A model generated the notes under the pieces. That model had not been told where the DNA came from. It saw only the letters and a program-made list of their open reading frames with translations, and did not search any database. Below are positions 26,501 through 35,724 of a stretch of 64,000 bases of DNA, piece by piece; the first letter of the stretch is position 1; each line of letters opens with the position of its first letter. The stretch spans positions 19,453-83,452 of the forward strand of contig JAHBUL010000016.1 in NCBI GenBank assembly GCA_019638085.1, in the 5' to 3' direction. Source of the DNA: Flavobacteriales bacterium (GTDB lineage Bacteria > Bacteroidota > Bacteroidia > Flavobacteriales_F > PHOS-HE28). Both the position numbers and the translations under genes were made by a program.

Positions 26501-29116
26501 GGTAACCGTGTATACGTACGCTCCGGGCAACATCGACGAGGGGTCGTACTGACCGCCTGCAACAGCGCTCGGACCGGACCATGAGCCTCCTGCATCCGGC
26601 GTGCCACCAAGGGAATCGATCAAGTTGACCGCAGCACCGTTCGAGCAGATGTCGATCGCGCGGCTCGTTCCAGCGTTCACCGGAGCCTGCTCGGTCACCG
26701 TGACCGTGGCCGTGGCATTCCCGCAAGGCGAGGTGCCGACAACCGTGTACACATACGCGCCTGGCAACATCGTCACGGGATCGTACTGACCACCCGCAAC
26801 GGCACTGGGACCGGACCATGTGCCTCCTGCATCCGGCGTACCACCTAAGGAATCGATCAGGTTGACCGCAACACCGTTCGCGCAGATGTCGATCGCACGG
26901 CTCGTACCGGCGTTGGCAGGGGCCACTTCCGCAACAGTTACAGTGGCGGTGGCACTTGCACAAGGCGCCACTCCCACAACCGTGTACACATATGCGCCAG
27001 GGAGCATCGATGCAGGATCGTACATATTGCCCACCACCGCGCTCGGGCCACTCCATGTGCCACCGGCAGCAGGAGTGCCGCCAAGAGAATCACGTAGATT
27101 GATCGCTACACCGTTGGAACAAATATTGATCGCGCGACTCGTTCCTGCATTCGCTGGGGTCTGTTCCGCTACGGTCACTGTGGCCGTCGCGTTCGCGCAA
27201 GGAGCCGTACCCGTAACCGTGAAGACATATGGTCCGGGGTTCATCGAAGCGGGATCGTACATACCGCCCACTACCGCGCTGGGACCGCTCCAAGTGCCAA
27301 CGGCAGCAGGTGTGCCACCTAGGGAATCACGCAAGTTGATCGCAATTCCATTCGCACAGATACTAATTGAGGTACTGGTCCCTGCATTGGGTGCAGCTAC
27401 TTCCGTAACGGTAACGGTGGCGCTGGCCGAGGCACACCCCCCACTACCGGGCACGGTATAAACAAATACGCCTGGAGCTTGTGTGGCCGGATCGTAGTTG
27501 GCACCAACCGCTGCACCCGTGGATTGTCGGGTCCATGCACCTGTGGCATCCGGCGTGCCGCCCAAGCCTGTGATCAGCGGAACTGGAGCAGAGTTGCTGC
27601 ATACGTTCAGCGTGCCGTCCGAGCCCGCATTCGGGGTTCCCGTTGTAAAGCTCACGGTAACCGTGGCGCTCACATTGGTGCAGGCGTTGCCCACGGTGTA
27701 CGTGTATACACCCGCTACATCAGTGGCAGGATCGAATTGGGGGCCATGGAGGGAATTGTCAGGTGCGGTCCAATAACCCACCGGGTTCGGCGTTCCGCCC
27801 AAGGCATCGATCAGGTCGAACGTGGTGGCAGTGGGGCACACTTGCACGTTGGCATTGGTCCCTGCATCAGGGGTGCCGGTGATCGGGGTCACTGAAGTAA
27901 TGTTCACTGCAACGGTGGTGGTGTTCACAATGGGACAGGCCCCGTCGGTCACCTGAAGCAGCAGGTTCACCGGTGAGTTGTTCACATTGCCCGTCCAGCA
28001 GATCGTGGCGGTAAGGGGGTTCGTACCGGTGATGTTCACTGTGGAACCCGGCAATAGAGTTGCAGCTTGGGTGGTCAACGACAATACTTCCGCTGCATCC
28101 GGGTCTTCAAAGACGATGCTGAAACAGAAGGGTGAACCACTGCATACTTCAATGGCATTGTTGCCAATGATCAAGCTTCCCCCGGCAGCCGGGTCGCCTG
28201 GACCCGCAGGACCCGTGAGTTGGACAGGCCCTTGGGCATTGGGCGGCTGACTGGAGCAGGCGATCGCGATCATCATGATGTCACGCATCACCGAGCCAAT
28301 GAAGACGCCGTTCGCATCATACTGGTCGATCTGCACCACAAAAACGTATTTTCCGATCACGCCGGGAGTGAACTGCAATTGACCGGTAACCGGATCGAGG
28401 ACAGCACCCGGCGCAGGAACACCACTCGTGAAGGGCGGTTTGTAATTGATCGGCGTGGAGCTGTCCGCAAACCCCCTGGCGGTGATCAGTGAATAGGTCA
28501 TCGGCTGGCCATTGGGATCGGTCACGCCGAAATTGTAATTGACCTGTTGACCGACGCAGATGTAGGGCACGGAGTTCTCCGTGAAATCGGGTGAATCGCT
28601 ACAAGGCTCTATGTCGTTTCGCAGTTCAGCTTCCAAATAAGTGCCCGAGGCACCCACCAGATTCACTGTGGTCGCCCGGCAACAGGATACCCAAGAGAGC
28701 AGCCAGCCTCCCGCGCAAGGCGGCATGTTCACCACCGTTTGGAAACTGTACAGGTTCACGCCTTGCAGCCCGCCCCCATTGCACGTACTGTTCGCGATCT
28801 GTGCGGCACAGATCTGGCTCACCTCCACCGGGGGAGGAGCAGGTATCTCTACACTGAACGTACCGCAAGCACTTGCATAATTCAGTGTTTGGGGTAGGGC
28901 AGGTGTTCCTGTGCAATCATAGAACAGGTCCAAGGTCACCAAGTAATTGTTGCCTCCTTGGCACTCATAGGTAATGTCGCCACCCAACACGTGCGCGGCA
29001 TGCACCTGGAACCCCAGTACCAGGGCAAACAACGCCACGATCATACGCCACGGGCGAAGACTGAGGAAAAGGGAGAGAAAGCCGGGGTGAGCCACAGTTA
29101 AACGTGTTCGATACAA
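23531..29116 (-). CDS. 1861-aa cell-surface adhesin-like protein with T9SS type-B (gliding-motility-associated) C-terminal domain
   Basis: Signal region followed by a Cys-rich N-module (HVLGGDITYECQGGNNYLVTLDLFYDCTG). I count 15 tandem ~79-aa repeats starting xNAGxDxxxxxC, then PKD-like segments (YWNFGNGMDT). The C-terminus FTPDGDGINDEF...IVDRWGKEVY...GVYVWKL is typical of type-B sorting domains. Confidence 0.9.
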   Translation of the reverse strand: MYRTRLTVAHPGFLSLFLSLRPWRMIVALFALVLGFQVHAAHVLGGDITYECQGGNNYLVTLDLFYDCTGTPALPQTLNYASACGTFSVEIPAPPPVEVSQICAAQIANSTCNGGGLQGVNLYSFQTVVNMPPCAGGWLLSWVSCCRATTVNLVGASGTYLEAELRNDIEPCSDSPDFTENSVPYICVGQQVNYNFGVTDPNGQPMTYSLITARGFADSSTPINYKPPFTSGVPAPGAVLDPVTGQLQFTPGVIGKYVFVVQIDQYDANGVFIGSVMRDIMMIAIACSSQPPNAQGPVQLTGPAGPGDPAAGGSLIIGNNAIEVCSGSPFCFSIVFEDPDAAEVLSLTTQAATLLPGSTVNITGTNPLTATICWTGNVNNSPVNLLLQVTDGACPIVNTTTVAVNITSVTPITGTPDAGTNANVQVCPTATTFDLIDALGGTPNPVGYWTAPDNSLHGPQFDPATDVAGVYTYTVGNACTNVSATVTVSFTTGTPNAGSDGTLNVCSNSAPVPLITGLGGTPDATGAWTRQSTGAAVGANYDPATQAPGVFVYTVPGSGGCASASATVTVTEVAAPNAGTSTSISICANGIAINLRDSLGGTPAAVGTWSGPSAVVGGMYDPASMNPGPYVFTVTGTAPCANATATVTVAEQTPANAGTSRAINICSNGVAINLRDSLGGTPAAGGTWSGPSAVVGNMYDPASMLPGAYVYTVVGVAPCASATATVTVAEVAPANAGTSRAIDICANGVAVNLIDSLGGTPDAGGTWSGPSAVAGGQYDPVTMLPGAYVYTVVGTSPCGNATATVTVTEQAPVNAGTSRAIDICSNGAAVNLIDSLGGTPDAGGSWSGPSAVAGGQYDPSSMLPGAYVYTVTGVAPCGNATATVTVNEVVSPNAGLDTIFTLCSSNSTTNLFFVLTGAQGGGAWTGPSGILFDGTYEPTVDPEGPYIYTVNGIAPCASDQAVVTVVEVTAPNAGRDTTITLCSSSSAVNLFTMLDGAQPGGTWSGGFSGSYVPGVTPPGAFIYSLPGAPPCIGDQATVTVIEVPTPDAGTDGDLTVCDQGAAVSLLAALGTPDTGGSWSGPSPVTGDQYDPATMAPGDYTYTVTGTAPCGSASATVTVTETGSPNAGTDGSVTVCEDGSAINLFTQLGGSPDAGGTWSGPSTITNDQFDPVVNTAGIYTYTLSATPPCVDATAEVEVVIEAPQDPGINALDTVCTGDAPVNLFTLLGGNPDQGGTWTGPGGTSTGIFDPATSTQGVYTYQFIGGVCADVSATVQMIVLPGPNAGQDNAVALCDAGPVVNLHGLLSGNPQQGGTWIGPDGLATSASINPATAEEGPYTYTVTGNASCPDASAVVSLSINHAVDAGTNGALSVCSDGAPVALFGELGGAPDAGGTWTMPPNNDPFNGILDPSTNSSGTYIYTVQGASPCPSASAEVVVVVVQAPDAGNDTTAALCSINPPVNMLNLLGGEPDAGGSWTDPDGNATSATFDPSSSIPGAYSYLMPAVASCAQAVATVDISVSPAAYAGIDGDTTVCANAESFQLFNLLSGTPDVGGTWSGPAGISADGILDPTAAISGSYIYTVTAPAPCQQDIASVEVTVTPIPDVAPNFEMSEGCVPVQVTFTSGYAGDGTCYWNFGNGMDTTDCGPITITYDQPGNYVVHFTADPGNGCAVTTEVDQLVRVVERPVAAFSIVGRITSTTSPTAAFANGSTGASAYLWDFGGMGTSTLANPQFTFPYNVEEIYPICLIAYASPTCSDTICEDLLVPASASVFTANAFTPDGDGINDEFAPVVMGLDPNDYHFIIVDRWGKEVYNTEDMNAKWDGNFSNGNPAPIGVYVWKLTGQDMVANTRFEHIGHVTLVR
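24320..27874 (-). repeat. tandem array of 15 x ~237-bp coding repeats inside the 1861-aa adhesin gene
   Basis: Boundaries were derived from residue counts (aa ~415-1599). The period shows in the protein, and also in antisense ORFs that repeat at 237-nt offsets (26601 versus 26820 tracks). Confidence 0.8.
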
Positions 29117-29335
29117 CCCTCAAAACTAAGGTATTGTAGTTTAGTTCGGGTATTCAATTTGCATGACGCGAAACGAGAATGATCCGGCGCATGTAACATG
29201 CAATATTTTGGTGGTGGTGGCATGAGCGTGCATTCTCCACATGTTTTTCCTGTGCTTTCCTTGTGTTCCGCCCCGGACACTACTTTTGGCACCCTTTGTC
29301 CGGATATCCCGGAAAAGTCCCAACGAACCAGGCTG

Positions 29336-31936
29336 ATGCGAAGACCCTACCCCTTCATCCATTCCATCCTTCGCATCCCATTCGTCAAAGTGGCCGTTTT
29401 ATTTGCCTTCGCCGGGGCGCAGGTGGCCCAGGCCCAAGTTGATACCTCAGGAACTTTACGGAACGATAGTTCCTTATTCATCGTCACGCCGGATACTTCC
29501 GCCAGGGAACAGGACATCCGTGCTGGCTCGTTCACCGTAGGCGCGAGCGATCTGGATGCCGAGATCGCCGGGCAGGACGTCTCGGGCATCCTGCGCTCCT
29601 CTCGCGACGTGTTCAATGCCACAGCAGGGTACAATTTTGGTGCGGCCCGTTTCCGGGTAAGGGGCCTCGGGGGCGAATACAGCCCGATCAGCGTCAATGG
29701 TATTGTGATGAACGACCTGGAGAGCGGCTACGCCTCGTGGTCCCTCTGGGGGGGATTGAACGATGTGACGCGCTGGTCCGAAAACCGCACCGGGGTAAGT
29801 GCTTCGCGATACAACTTCGGGAACATCGGCGGCTGGTCCAACATCGACCTGCGCGCTTCCCAACTGCGGAAAGGAACGCGGCTCTCCTATGCCATGACCA
29901 ACAGGACCTATCGCAATCGTGCCATGGGCACCTACAACACGGGCATGATGGCCAATGGATGGGCCTTCAGCATGAGCGGCTCCCTGCGCTGGTCCGACGA
30001 GGGTTATGTGCCCGGCACCTTCTACAATGCCGGCGCCTATTTTCTTTCGGCGGAGAAAAAGATCAATGAAAAGCATAGCATCGGGTTTGTGGGCTTCGGT
30101 GCACCCATCGTTTCCGGCCGCCAAGGACTGGCCGTGGCGGAAGCACAGTCACTCACCGATGACCATTACTACAACCCGAACTGGGGGTACCAGGACGGGA
30201 AGAAACGCAATGCGAACGTGAGCAACGACCATAAACCCGTGCTCATCCTCTCCCACTATTTCAAACCCGACGAACGTACGCAGTGGAACACCAGCCTGCT
30301 GTACACCTTCGGAAGGGATGGCTACACTGCGCTCAACTGGTACGATGCACCGGACCCCCGTCCCGACTACTATCGCTATCTACCGAGCTACTATGACGTC
30401 ACCAACCCCGACATAGCCGCAGACCTAACCAATGCATGGGAGAACGACCCGAGTTCCAGCCAGATCAATTGGGGCCAACTCTACTTCGCCAATGGTAAGA
30501 ACCTGTATACCGTGCGTAATGCGGAAGGCATTCAGGGCAACGACGTCACGGGCATGCGCAGTAAGTACATTGTGGAGGACCGCCGCGCAGACCCGACGCG
30601 TATTGCCCTGAACAGTGTATGGAGCCGGGAGCTGAAGGATGAACTGAAGCTCACCGTAGGTGCCAGCTACAACAGCCAGAAGACGCACTACTTCAAGGTG
30701 ATCGAGGACCTGCTGGGCGGTGATTTCTGGGTGGACCTGGACCAGTTCGCCGCTCGCGACAGCGACGACCCCAATGCTGCACAGAACAACCTGAACACGC
30801 CCAACCACGTGGTGCGCGTGGGGGATGAGTTCGGCTATGACTATGACATCAAGACCAATGTTGCGAACGTATTCGGACAAGTGGAAAAGAAGTGGCGGAA
30901 GCTGGAGGGCTACGCCGGCGTGACCCTTTCCAGTACCACCTTCTGGCGGGATGGCCACTACCAAAAGGCGCTTTTCCCGGAGACATCCTACGGGGAAAGT
31001 GAGAAGCAATCCTTCGTTACGGGCGGCGTGAAGGCTGGTGCGGTGTACAAGATCTCGGGCCGCGAGTACATCACCGCCAATGCAGCCTTCATGAGCAACG
31101 CACCCACGGCCCGGGCAGCTTATCTCAGCCCGCGTACCCGCGATGCAGTAGTGGATGGACTCACCACCGAGAAGGCCTTCAGCGGCGATATCGGATACGA
31201 AGTGCGGATGCCCCGCGTAAAGGGCCGCGCCACCTTGTACTATGCCAGCACCACCGATGGCATTTGGTCGCGCAGCTTCTACCACGATGTGTACCGCACC
31301 TTCGTGAACTACTCCATGACCGGCGTGGCCCGGCTGAACATGGGCCTGGAACTGGGCGCCGAGGTGAAGCTTTCGCCCACTTGGCAACTCACCGCCGTGT
31401 ATGCCGAAGGACAATCGCTCTATAACTCCCGCCCCTCTGCGACCATTACCCGCGATAACAGCGATACCGCCTTGGCCGTGGGCCGCACCGTGTACTGGGA
31501 GAACTACCGCGTAGGAGGTATGCCGCAGCGCGCCGCATCATTGGGCCTGCGGTACAACGCTCCCAAGTTCTGGTCACTCGGGGCCAATGTGAACTACTTC
31601 GGCAACATCTACCTGGACCCCAACCCCGACCGCCGCACGGCGGAAGCCTTGGGTAATCTGGTGGTGGAAGATCCCCAATGGGACGCCCTGCTGGAGCAGA
31701 CCAAGCTGGATAACGGCATCACCATGGATCTCTTCTTCACCAAGAGCTGGCGCCTGAAGAAGAAATACCGCATCGGCTTCAACCTTTCCGTGAGCAACGT
31801 GTTGAACAATACCGACCTGGTCACCGGTGGCTATGAACAATTGCGCTACGTACCCATGGAGATCGACAAATTCCCGCCCAAGCTCAGCTACATGTACGGC
31901 CGCACCTACTTCGCCATGGTCACCCTCAGCTTCTGA
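29336..31936 (+). CDS. TonB-dependent receptor (non-SusC type)
   Basis: Start at the internal ATG, giving signal peptide MRRPYPFIHSILRIPFVKVAVLFAFAGAQVAQA. Plug-like FRVRGLGGEYSPISVNGIVMND, a long beta-barrel, and the C-terminal sequence YFAMVTLSF ending in Phe. Confidence 0.85.
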   Translation: MRRPYPFIHSILRIPFVKVAVLFAFAGAQVAQAQVDTSGTLRNDSSLFIVTPDTSAREQDIRAGSFTVGASDLDAEIAGQDVSGILRSSRDVFNATAGYNFGAARFRVRGLGGEYSPISVNGIVMNDLESGYASWSLWGGLNDVTRWSENRTGVSASRYNFGNIGGWSNIDLRASQLRKGTRLSYAMTNRTYRNRAMGTYNTGMMANGWAFSMSGSLRWSDEGYVPGTFYNAGAYFLSAEKKINEKHSIGFVGFGAPIVSGRQGLAVAEAQSLTDDHYYNPNWGYQDGKKRNANVSNDHKPVLILSHYFKPDERTQWNTSLLYTFGRDGYTALNWYDAPDPRPDYYRYLPSYYDVTNPDIAADLTNAWENDPSSSQINWGQLYFANGKNLYTVRNAEGIQGNDVTGMRSKYIVEDRRADPTRIALNSVWSRELKDELKLTVGASYNSQKTHYFKVIEDLLGGDFWVDLDQFAARDSDDPNAAQNNLNTPNHVVRVGDEFGYDYDIKTNVANVFGQVEKKWRKLEGYAGVTLSSTTFWRDGHYQKALFPETSYGESEKQSFVTGGVKAGAVYKISGREYITANAAFMSNAPTARAAYLSPRTRDAVVDGLTTEKAFSGDIGYEVRMPRVKGRATLYYASTTDGIWSRSFYHDVYRTFVNYSMTGVARLNMGLELGAEVKLSPTWQLTAVYAEGQSLYNSRPSATITRDNSDTALAVGRTVYWENYRVGGMPQRAASLGLRYNAPKFWSLGANVNYFGNIYLDPNPDRRTAEALGNLVVEDPQWDALLEQTKLDNGITMDLFFTKSWRLKKKYRIGFNLSVSNVLNNTDLVTGGYEQLRYVPMEIDKFPPKLSYMYGRTYFAMVTLSF

Positions 31937-31946
31937 TAACAAGAAC

Positions 31947-33236
31947 ATGCAACGCATCACCTTTACCCAACGCATCGCCTTGCTGGCCGTGCCCTTTCTC
32001 CTGGCCACGGCCATCGGCTGTAAGAAGGAATTCGATACGCCACCCGAACGCAGCTTGCCCGAAGGTAGCGTGATCACCATCGCGCAGCTCAAGGCGATGT
32101 ACCAAGGAACCCCCGTACATTTTTCGGACACTGCCGGAGCCGTTAACAGCGTATATGCGGTTGTGACCGCCGATGAGCAGAACGGCAACTTGTACAAGAA
32201 CATCTATGTGCAGGACCACACCGGTGCCATAGCCATGCGGCTGCTCTTCTCCGGTGGCCTCTATCAAGGGGACTCCATCCGGATCTACCTGCCCGGAACC
32301 GTGCTGAGCCCATACAACGGTTTGATGCAACTGGATAGCGTGGACGTGGACAACAACGTGGTGAAGCAGGCGACGGGAGTTGTCATCGCTCCAACCGTCA
32401 CTACGATACAGGCCCTTACCTCGCAAGCGGGACTCGGCGGCAACCTCCAGAGCAAGCTGGTCACCGTCAGCGGTGTACAATTTGTGGACAGCACCGGCAA
32501 TCTCACCTATGCCGACCCGGTGAACCAGATCACCATAAACCGCCAGATCGAGGACTGTAACGGTAACACCGCCGACGTGCGCACTAGCGGCTACTCCAAT
32601 TTTGCCGGCCAGCACCTACCCACCGGTAAGGGCACCTTCACTGGCATCGTCAGCTGGTTCGGAAGCGCTCCACAGCTCTACATTCGCGATATCAACGAGG
32701 TGCAGATGACCGGACCACGTTGTGGCTCCGCAGCGAGCTGTACCCCGATAGCCACCTTGTCAGAAGACTTTTCTTCCGTCAGCAACAATCAATCGATCAA
32801 TTTGGATTGCTGGACCAACACGTTCACACAAGGGAGCGTGGCGTGGCGCGGCAAGGTGAGCGGCTCGGATTTCAGCGCAGAAGCCCGCATCTCGATCGGG
32901 CAGGCGAGCACCATGTGGTTGGTCACACCACAGATCACCTATTCCTCTTCCCTGAACCTTTCCTTCACCTCAGCCAAAGTGAACTGGGTGCATGATGGGC
33001 TTACCGTATGGGTTAGCCCCGATTTCAGTGGTGATGTAACCACCGCAACGTGGACTCAGGTAACCGGTGCAAGCATTGCCGGCCAGAACGATGCGGACAA
33101 CGCATGGATTCCCTCGGGTAACATATCGTTGTCCACTGTTCCCGGGATTACCGATACCTTCGTTGTCGCCTTCAAGTACCAAGGTGATGCGGCCAATTCC
33201 ACCACCTACCGTATTGACGATGTACAGGTGAACTAG
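31947..33236 (+). CDS. surface lipoprotein: tandem OB-fold-like modules (DUF5689-like) plus choice-of-anchor-J-like C-terminal domain
   Basis: Lipobox LATAIGC in MQRITFTQRIALLAVPFLLATAIGCKK. Modules include VYAVVTADEQNGNLYKNIYVQDHTGAI and TFTGIVSWFGSAPQLYIRD. The C-terminal ~150 aa end in YRIDDVQVN. It starts 11 nt after the receptor stop. Confidence 0.7.
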   Translation: MQRITFTQRIALLAVPFLLATAIGCKKEFDTPPERSLPEGSVITIAQLKAMYQGTPVHFSDTAGAVNSVYAVVTADEQNGNLYKNIYVQDHTGAIAMRLLFSGGLYQGDSIRIYLPGTVLSPYNGLMQLDSVDVDNNVVKQATGVVIAPTVTTIQALTSQAGLGGNLQSKLVTVSGVQFVDSTGNLTYADPVNQITINRQIEDCNGNTADVRTSGYSNFAGQHLPTGKGTFTGIVSWFGSAPQLYIRDINEVQMTGPRCGSAASCTPIATLSEDFSSVSNNQSINLDCWTNTFTQGSVAWRGKVSGSDFSAEARISIGQASTMWLVTPQITYSSSLNLSFTSAKVNWVHDGLTVWVSPDFSGDVTTATWTQVTGASIAGQNDADNAWIPSGNISLSTVPGITDTFVVAFKYQGDAANSTTYRIDDVQVN

Positions 33237-33269
33237 AATCCTTCTTTTGACCCCGAAACCCAAACTACC

Positions 33270-34631
33270 ATGAGAACAGCAGTACTCCTTTCAACCCTCG
33301 CGATCGCCGGCCTGGCCAGCGCTCAGGTCTTCCAAAGCGGTTTTGAAGACTGGACCAACAACTTGCCCAATGACTGGGTAGGTGCCAAAACGAATCTTCC
33401 GCTCACCGGGATCACCCAGGTTACCGACAATGTTCACGGGGGCAGTTCCGCCGTCGGCCTAGAGAACACCGCCAGTGGACATAAGCGCTTTACCACGCAG
33501 TCCATTGCAGTGACCAACGGGCAGAATTTTGAGGTATCCTTTTGGGTGCGTGGCACCGGAGAAGTGCGCGTGGGCCTATTTGACGGCCGTCCGGGTGGCA
33601 GCTCAGGATATGCCGGTTACACACCCTACACCGTTGTGTCCTCACCCAACGATTGGATCCAGGTTACCCAGAGCATCGCAGCCGCCTACGATACCACGGA
33701 CGCTGAGTTCATTCTTTCCGTGCGCAATACGGTAGCTCCTACCAACCTCGTTGTGGATGATGTGAACATTACCGAGGCAGGCCCTCTTACCCCGGTCAGC
33801 ATCTATGATATTCAATACACCACGGACCCGAGTGGGGATTCGCCGATGAACGGTCAGACCGTGTTGACCGGAGGTATCGTTTCCGCCGTGCTCCCTGCTG
33901 CGAACGACGGCTATTTCATTCAAAGCGGCATCGGACCATGGACGGGGATCTATGTATACGACACGGACAACTCCCCCGCTATCGGTGATAGCATCACGCT
34001 CATGGCATCCGTGGTGGAATACTTCGGTGGCACGCAGCTTTCAAGTATTTCCGCATATACCGTAGTCTCCAGTGGCAATGCGTTGGTATCCTTCGACGTG
34101 GCTACGGGTGATGTTTCGCTTGAGCCATTGGAAAGTGTGCTGATACGCGTTGTGAACGCCACCTGCACCGAGGAACCCGGCGGTGCCAACTTCGGGAAGT
34201 ACAAAGTGAATGATGGCACCGGTGACGCCGTGATCGGCAAAGTGATCTACACCACCACCCCCGACCCCGTGCTTGGTAATACGTACAACATCACCGGGGT
34301 GAACTACTATTCCTTCTCGGAGTACAACATTCAGCCCCGCATGGCCAGCGATGTTGAGTTTGGCTCCGGTATCACCGGTGCAGGTATCCTTGCCACTGTA
34401 AGCGTTGGTCCAAATCCCGCCACTAACCTGATCAATGTAAACCTCGGTAATGCCGCAGGAAGCAATGTGAACTATACCCTCACCGATCTGCAAGGTCGCA
34501 CGGTACAGGCCGGTCAGATCAGCGACAGCCGCGCCCAGCTGAGCGTGAACGACATGCCAACCGGCCTCTACCACCTCACCCTCCGCAGCAACGAACTGGT
34601 GAAGACCTTCGCTGTGCAGGTGGTCCGATAG
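33270..34631 (+). CDS. secreted protein: CBM-like N-domain, nuclease-associated OB-fold-like module, T9SS type-A C-terminal sorting domain
   Basis: Signal peptide MRTAVLLSTLAIAGLASAQ. IYDIQYTTDPSGDSPMNGQTVLTGGIVSAV...DGYFIQS resembles the N-terminal module of ExeM/NucH-type nucleases. C-terminal domain: VGPNPATNLINVNL...LTDLQGRTV...GLYHLTLRS. Confidence 0.75.
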   Translation: MRTAVLLSTLAIAGLASAQVFQSGFEDWTNNLPNDWVGAKTNLPLTGITQVTDNVHGGSSAVGLENTASGHKRFTTQSIAVTNGQNFEVSFWVRGTGEVRVGLFDGRPGGSSGYAGYTPYTVVSSPNDWIQVTQSIAAAYDTTDAEFILSVRNTVAPTNLVVDDVNITEAGPLTPVSIYDIQYTTDPSGDSPMNGQTVLTGGIVSAVLPAANDGYFIQSGIGPWTGIYVYDTDNSPAIGDSITLMASVVEYFGGTQLSSISAYTVVSSGNALVSFDVATGDVSLEPLESVLIRVVNATCTEEPGGANFGKYKVNDGTGDAVIGKVIYTTTPDPVLGNTYNITGVNYYSFSEYNIQPRMASDVEFGSGITGAGILATVSVGPNPATNLINVNLGNAAGSNVNYTLTDLQGRTVQAGQISDSRAQLSVNDMPTGLYHLTLRSNELVKTFAVQVVR

Positions 34632-34650
34632 ATCGTTCCTACCTTTTGAG

Positions 34651-34684
34651 AAAGGGCCGCTTCGCAACTGCGAGGCGGCCCTTT
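34651..34684 (+). terminator. strong GC-rich hairpin after the three-gene operon
   Basis: AAAGGGCCGCTTCGCA-ac-TGCGAGGCGGCCCTTT is a 16-bp stem with one mismatch, 20 nt after the stop and followed by CGCTTT. Confidence 0.55.
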
Positions 34685-34806
34685 CGCTTTGGGCACTGGA
34701 GGCTTGGGACCCTTCAGCAAAGCTTGGGCTTCCCGGAAATGAACAATGGCGGCATCGGCCTTGTTGCCCCATATATCCACAACCACAAGGAACACAGAAC
34801 ACCAGA

Positions 34807-35622
34807 TTGATAATGAGCAACACCGAACTGGCGATCACGAGAGTCAAGGAACTTATACTCACGTATGGCCCGAAGGTCATCGGTGCCATTGTAGTACTGA
34901 TCGTGGGCCTATGGGTGATCCGCTTATTGGTGTCATCCATGGCGCGCCTGATGCGAAAACGCGAGGTGGACCCGAGCTTGGTCCCCTTTGTCCGCGGGCT
35001 GGTCGGGGCGATCTTGAAGCTGGGTCTGATCATCAGTGTGATCCAAATGATCGGTGTGGAGACCACGAGCTTCATCGCGGTGCTCGGGGCCATGGGCCTG
35101 GCGATCGGCATGGCATTGAGCGGCACCTTGCAGAATTTCGCCGGCGGGGTGATGATCCTGCTCTTCAAGCCCTACAAGGTGGGTGACTTCATCGATGCGC
35201 AAGGCCACACCGGGACCGTTCACAGCATCCAGATCTTCAATACGGTGCTGAAGACACCGGACAACAAGACGGTGATCCTGCCCAACGCACCGATCAGCAC
35301 CGGGGCCATCGTCAACTTCAGTACGGAACCACAACGGCGGGTGGACATGAGCTTCGGTATCGGCTACGATGATGACATCGACGCGGCCAAGCGGACGCTC
35401 CAGGAATTGATCGATGCCGATGAGCGCATCCTGAAGGACCCGGCACCGCTGATCGTGGTGGGCGAATTGGCGGACAGTTCGGTGAACTTTACCGTGCGTG
35501 TGTGGGCCAAGGCTGGAGATTATTGGGGCATCTACTTCAACATGCACGAGCAGGTGAAGAAGACCTTCGATGCGAAAGGCATCAGCATTCCCTTCCCGCA
35601 GGTGCAAATGCACTCGACTTGA
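34807..35622 (+). CDS. small-conductance mechanosensitive channel (MscS family)
   Basis: 271 aa with three TM segments, then the pore-lining GLAIGMALSGTLQNFAGGVMILLFKPYKVGDFI followed by a beta domain. Confidence 0.9.
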   Translation: MIMSNTELAITRVKELILTYGPKVIGAIVVLIVGLWVIRLLVSSMARLMRKREVDPSLVPFVRGLVGAILKLGLIISVIQMIGVETTSFIAVLGAMGLAIGMALSGTLQNFAGGVMILLFKPYKVGDFIDAQGHTGTVHSIQIFNTVLKTPDNKTVILPNAPISTGAIVNFSTEPQRRVDMSFGIGYDDDIDAAKRTLQELIDADERILKDPAPLIVVGELADSSVNFTVRVWAKAGDYWGIYFNMHEQVKKTFDAKGISIPFPQVQMHST

Positions 35623-35724
35623 TCGATTGGTCGGTGTCCTTTGGTACGACAGGACGGCTATTCACCGCAGATACTCCTTGGCCTAACTCCCGCGCCAAGG
35701 TTGTCAGATAAGGTTGCGTGGAAC

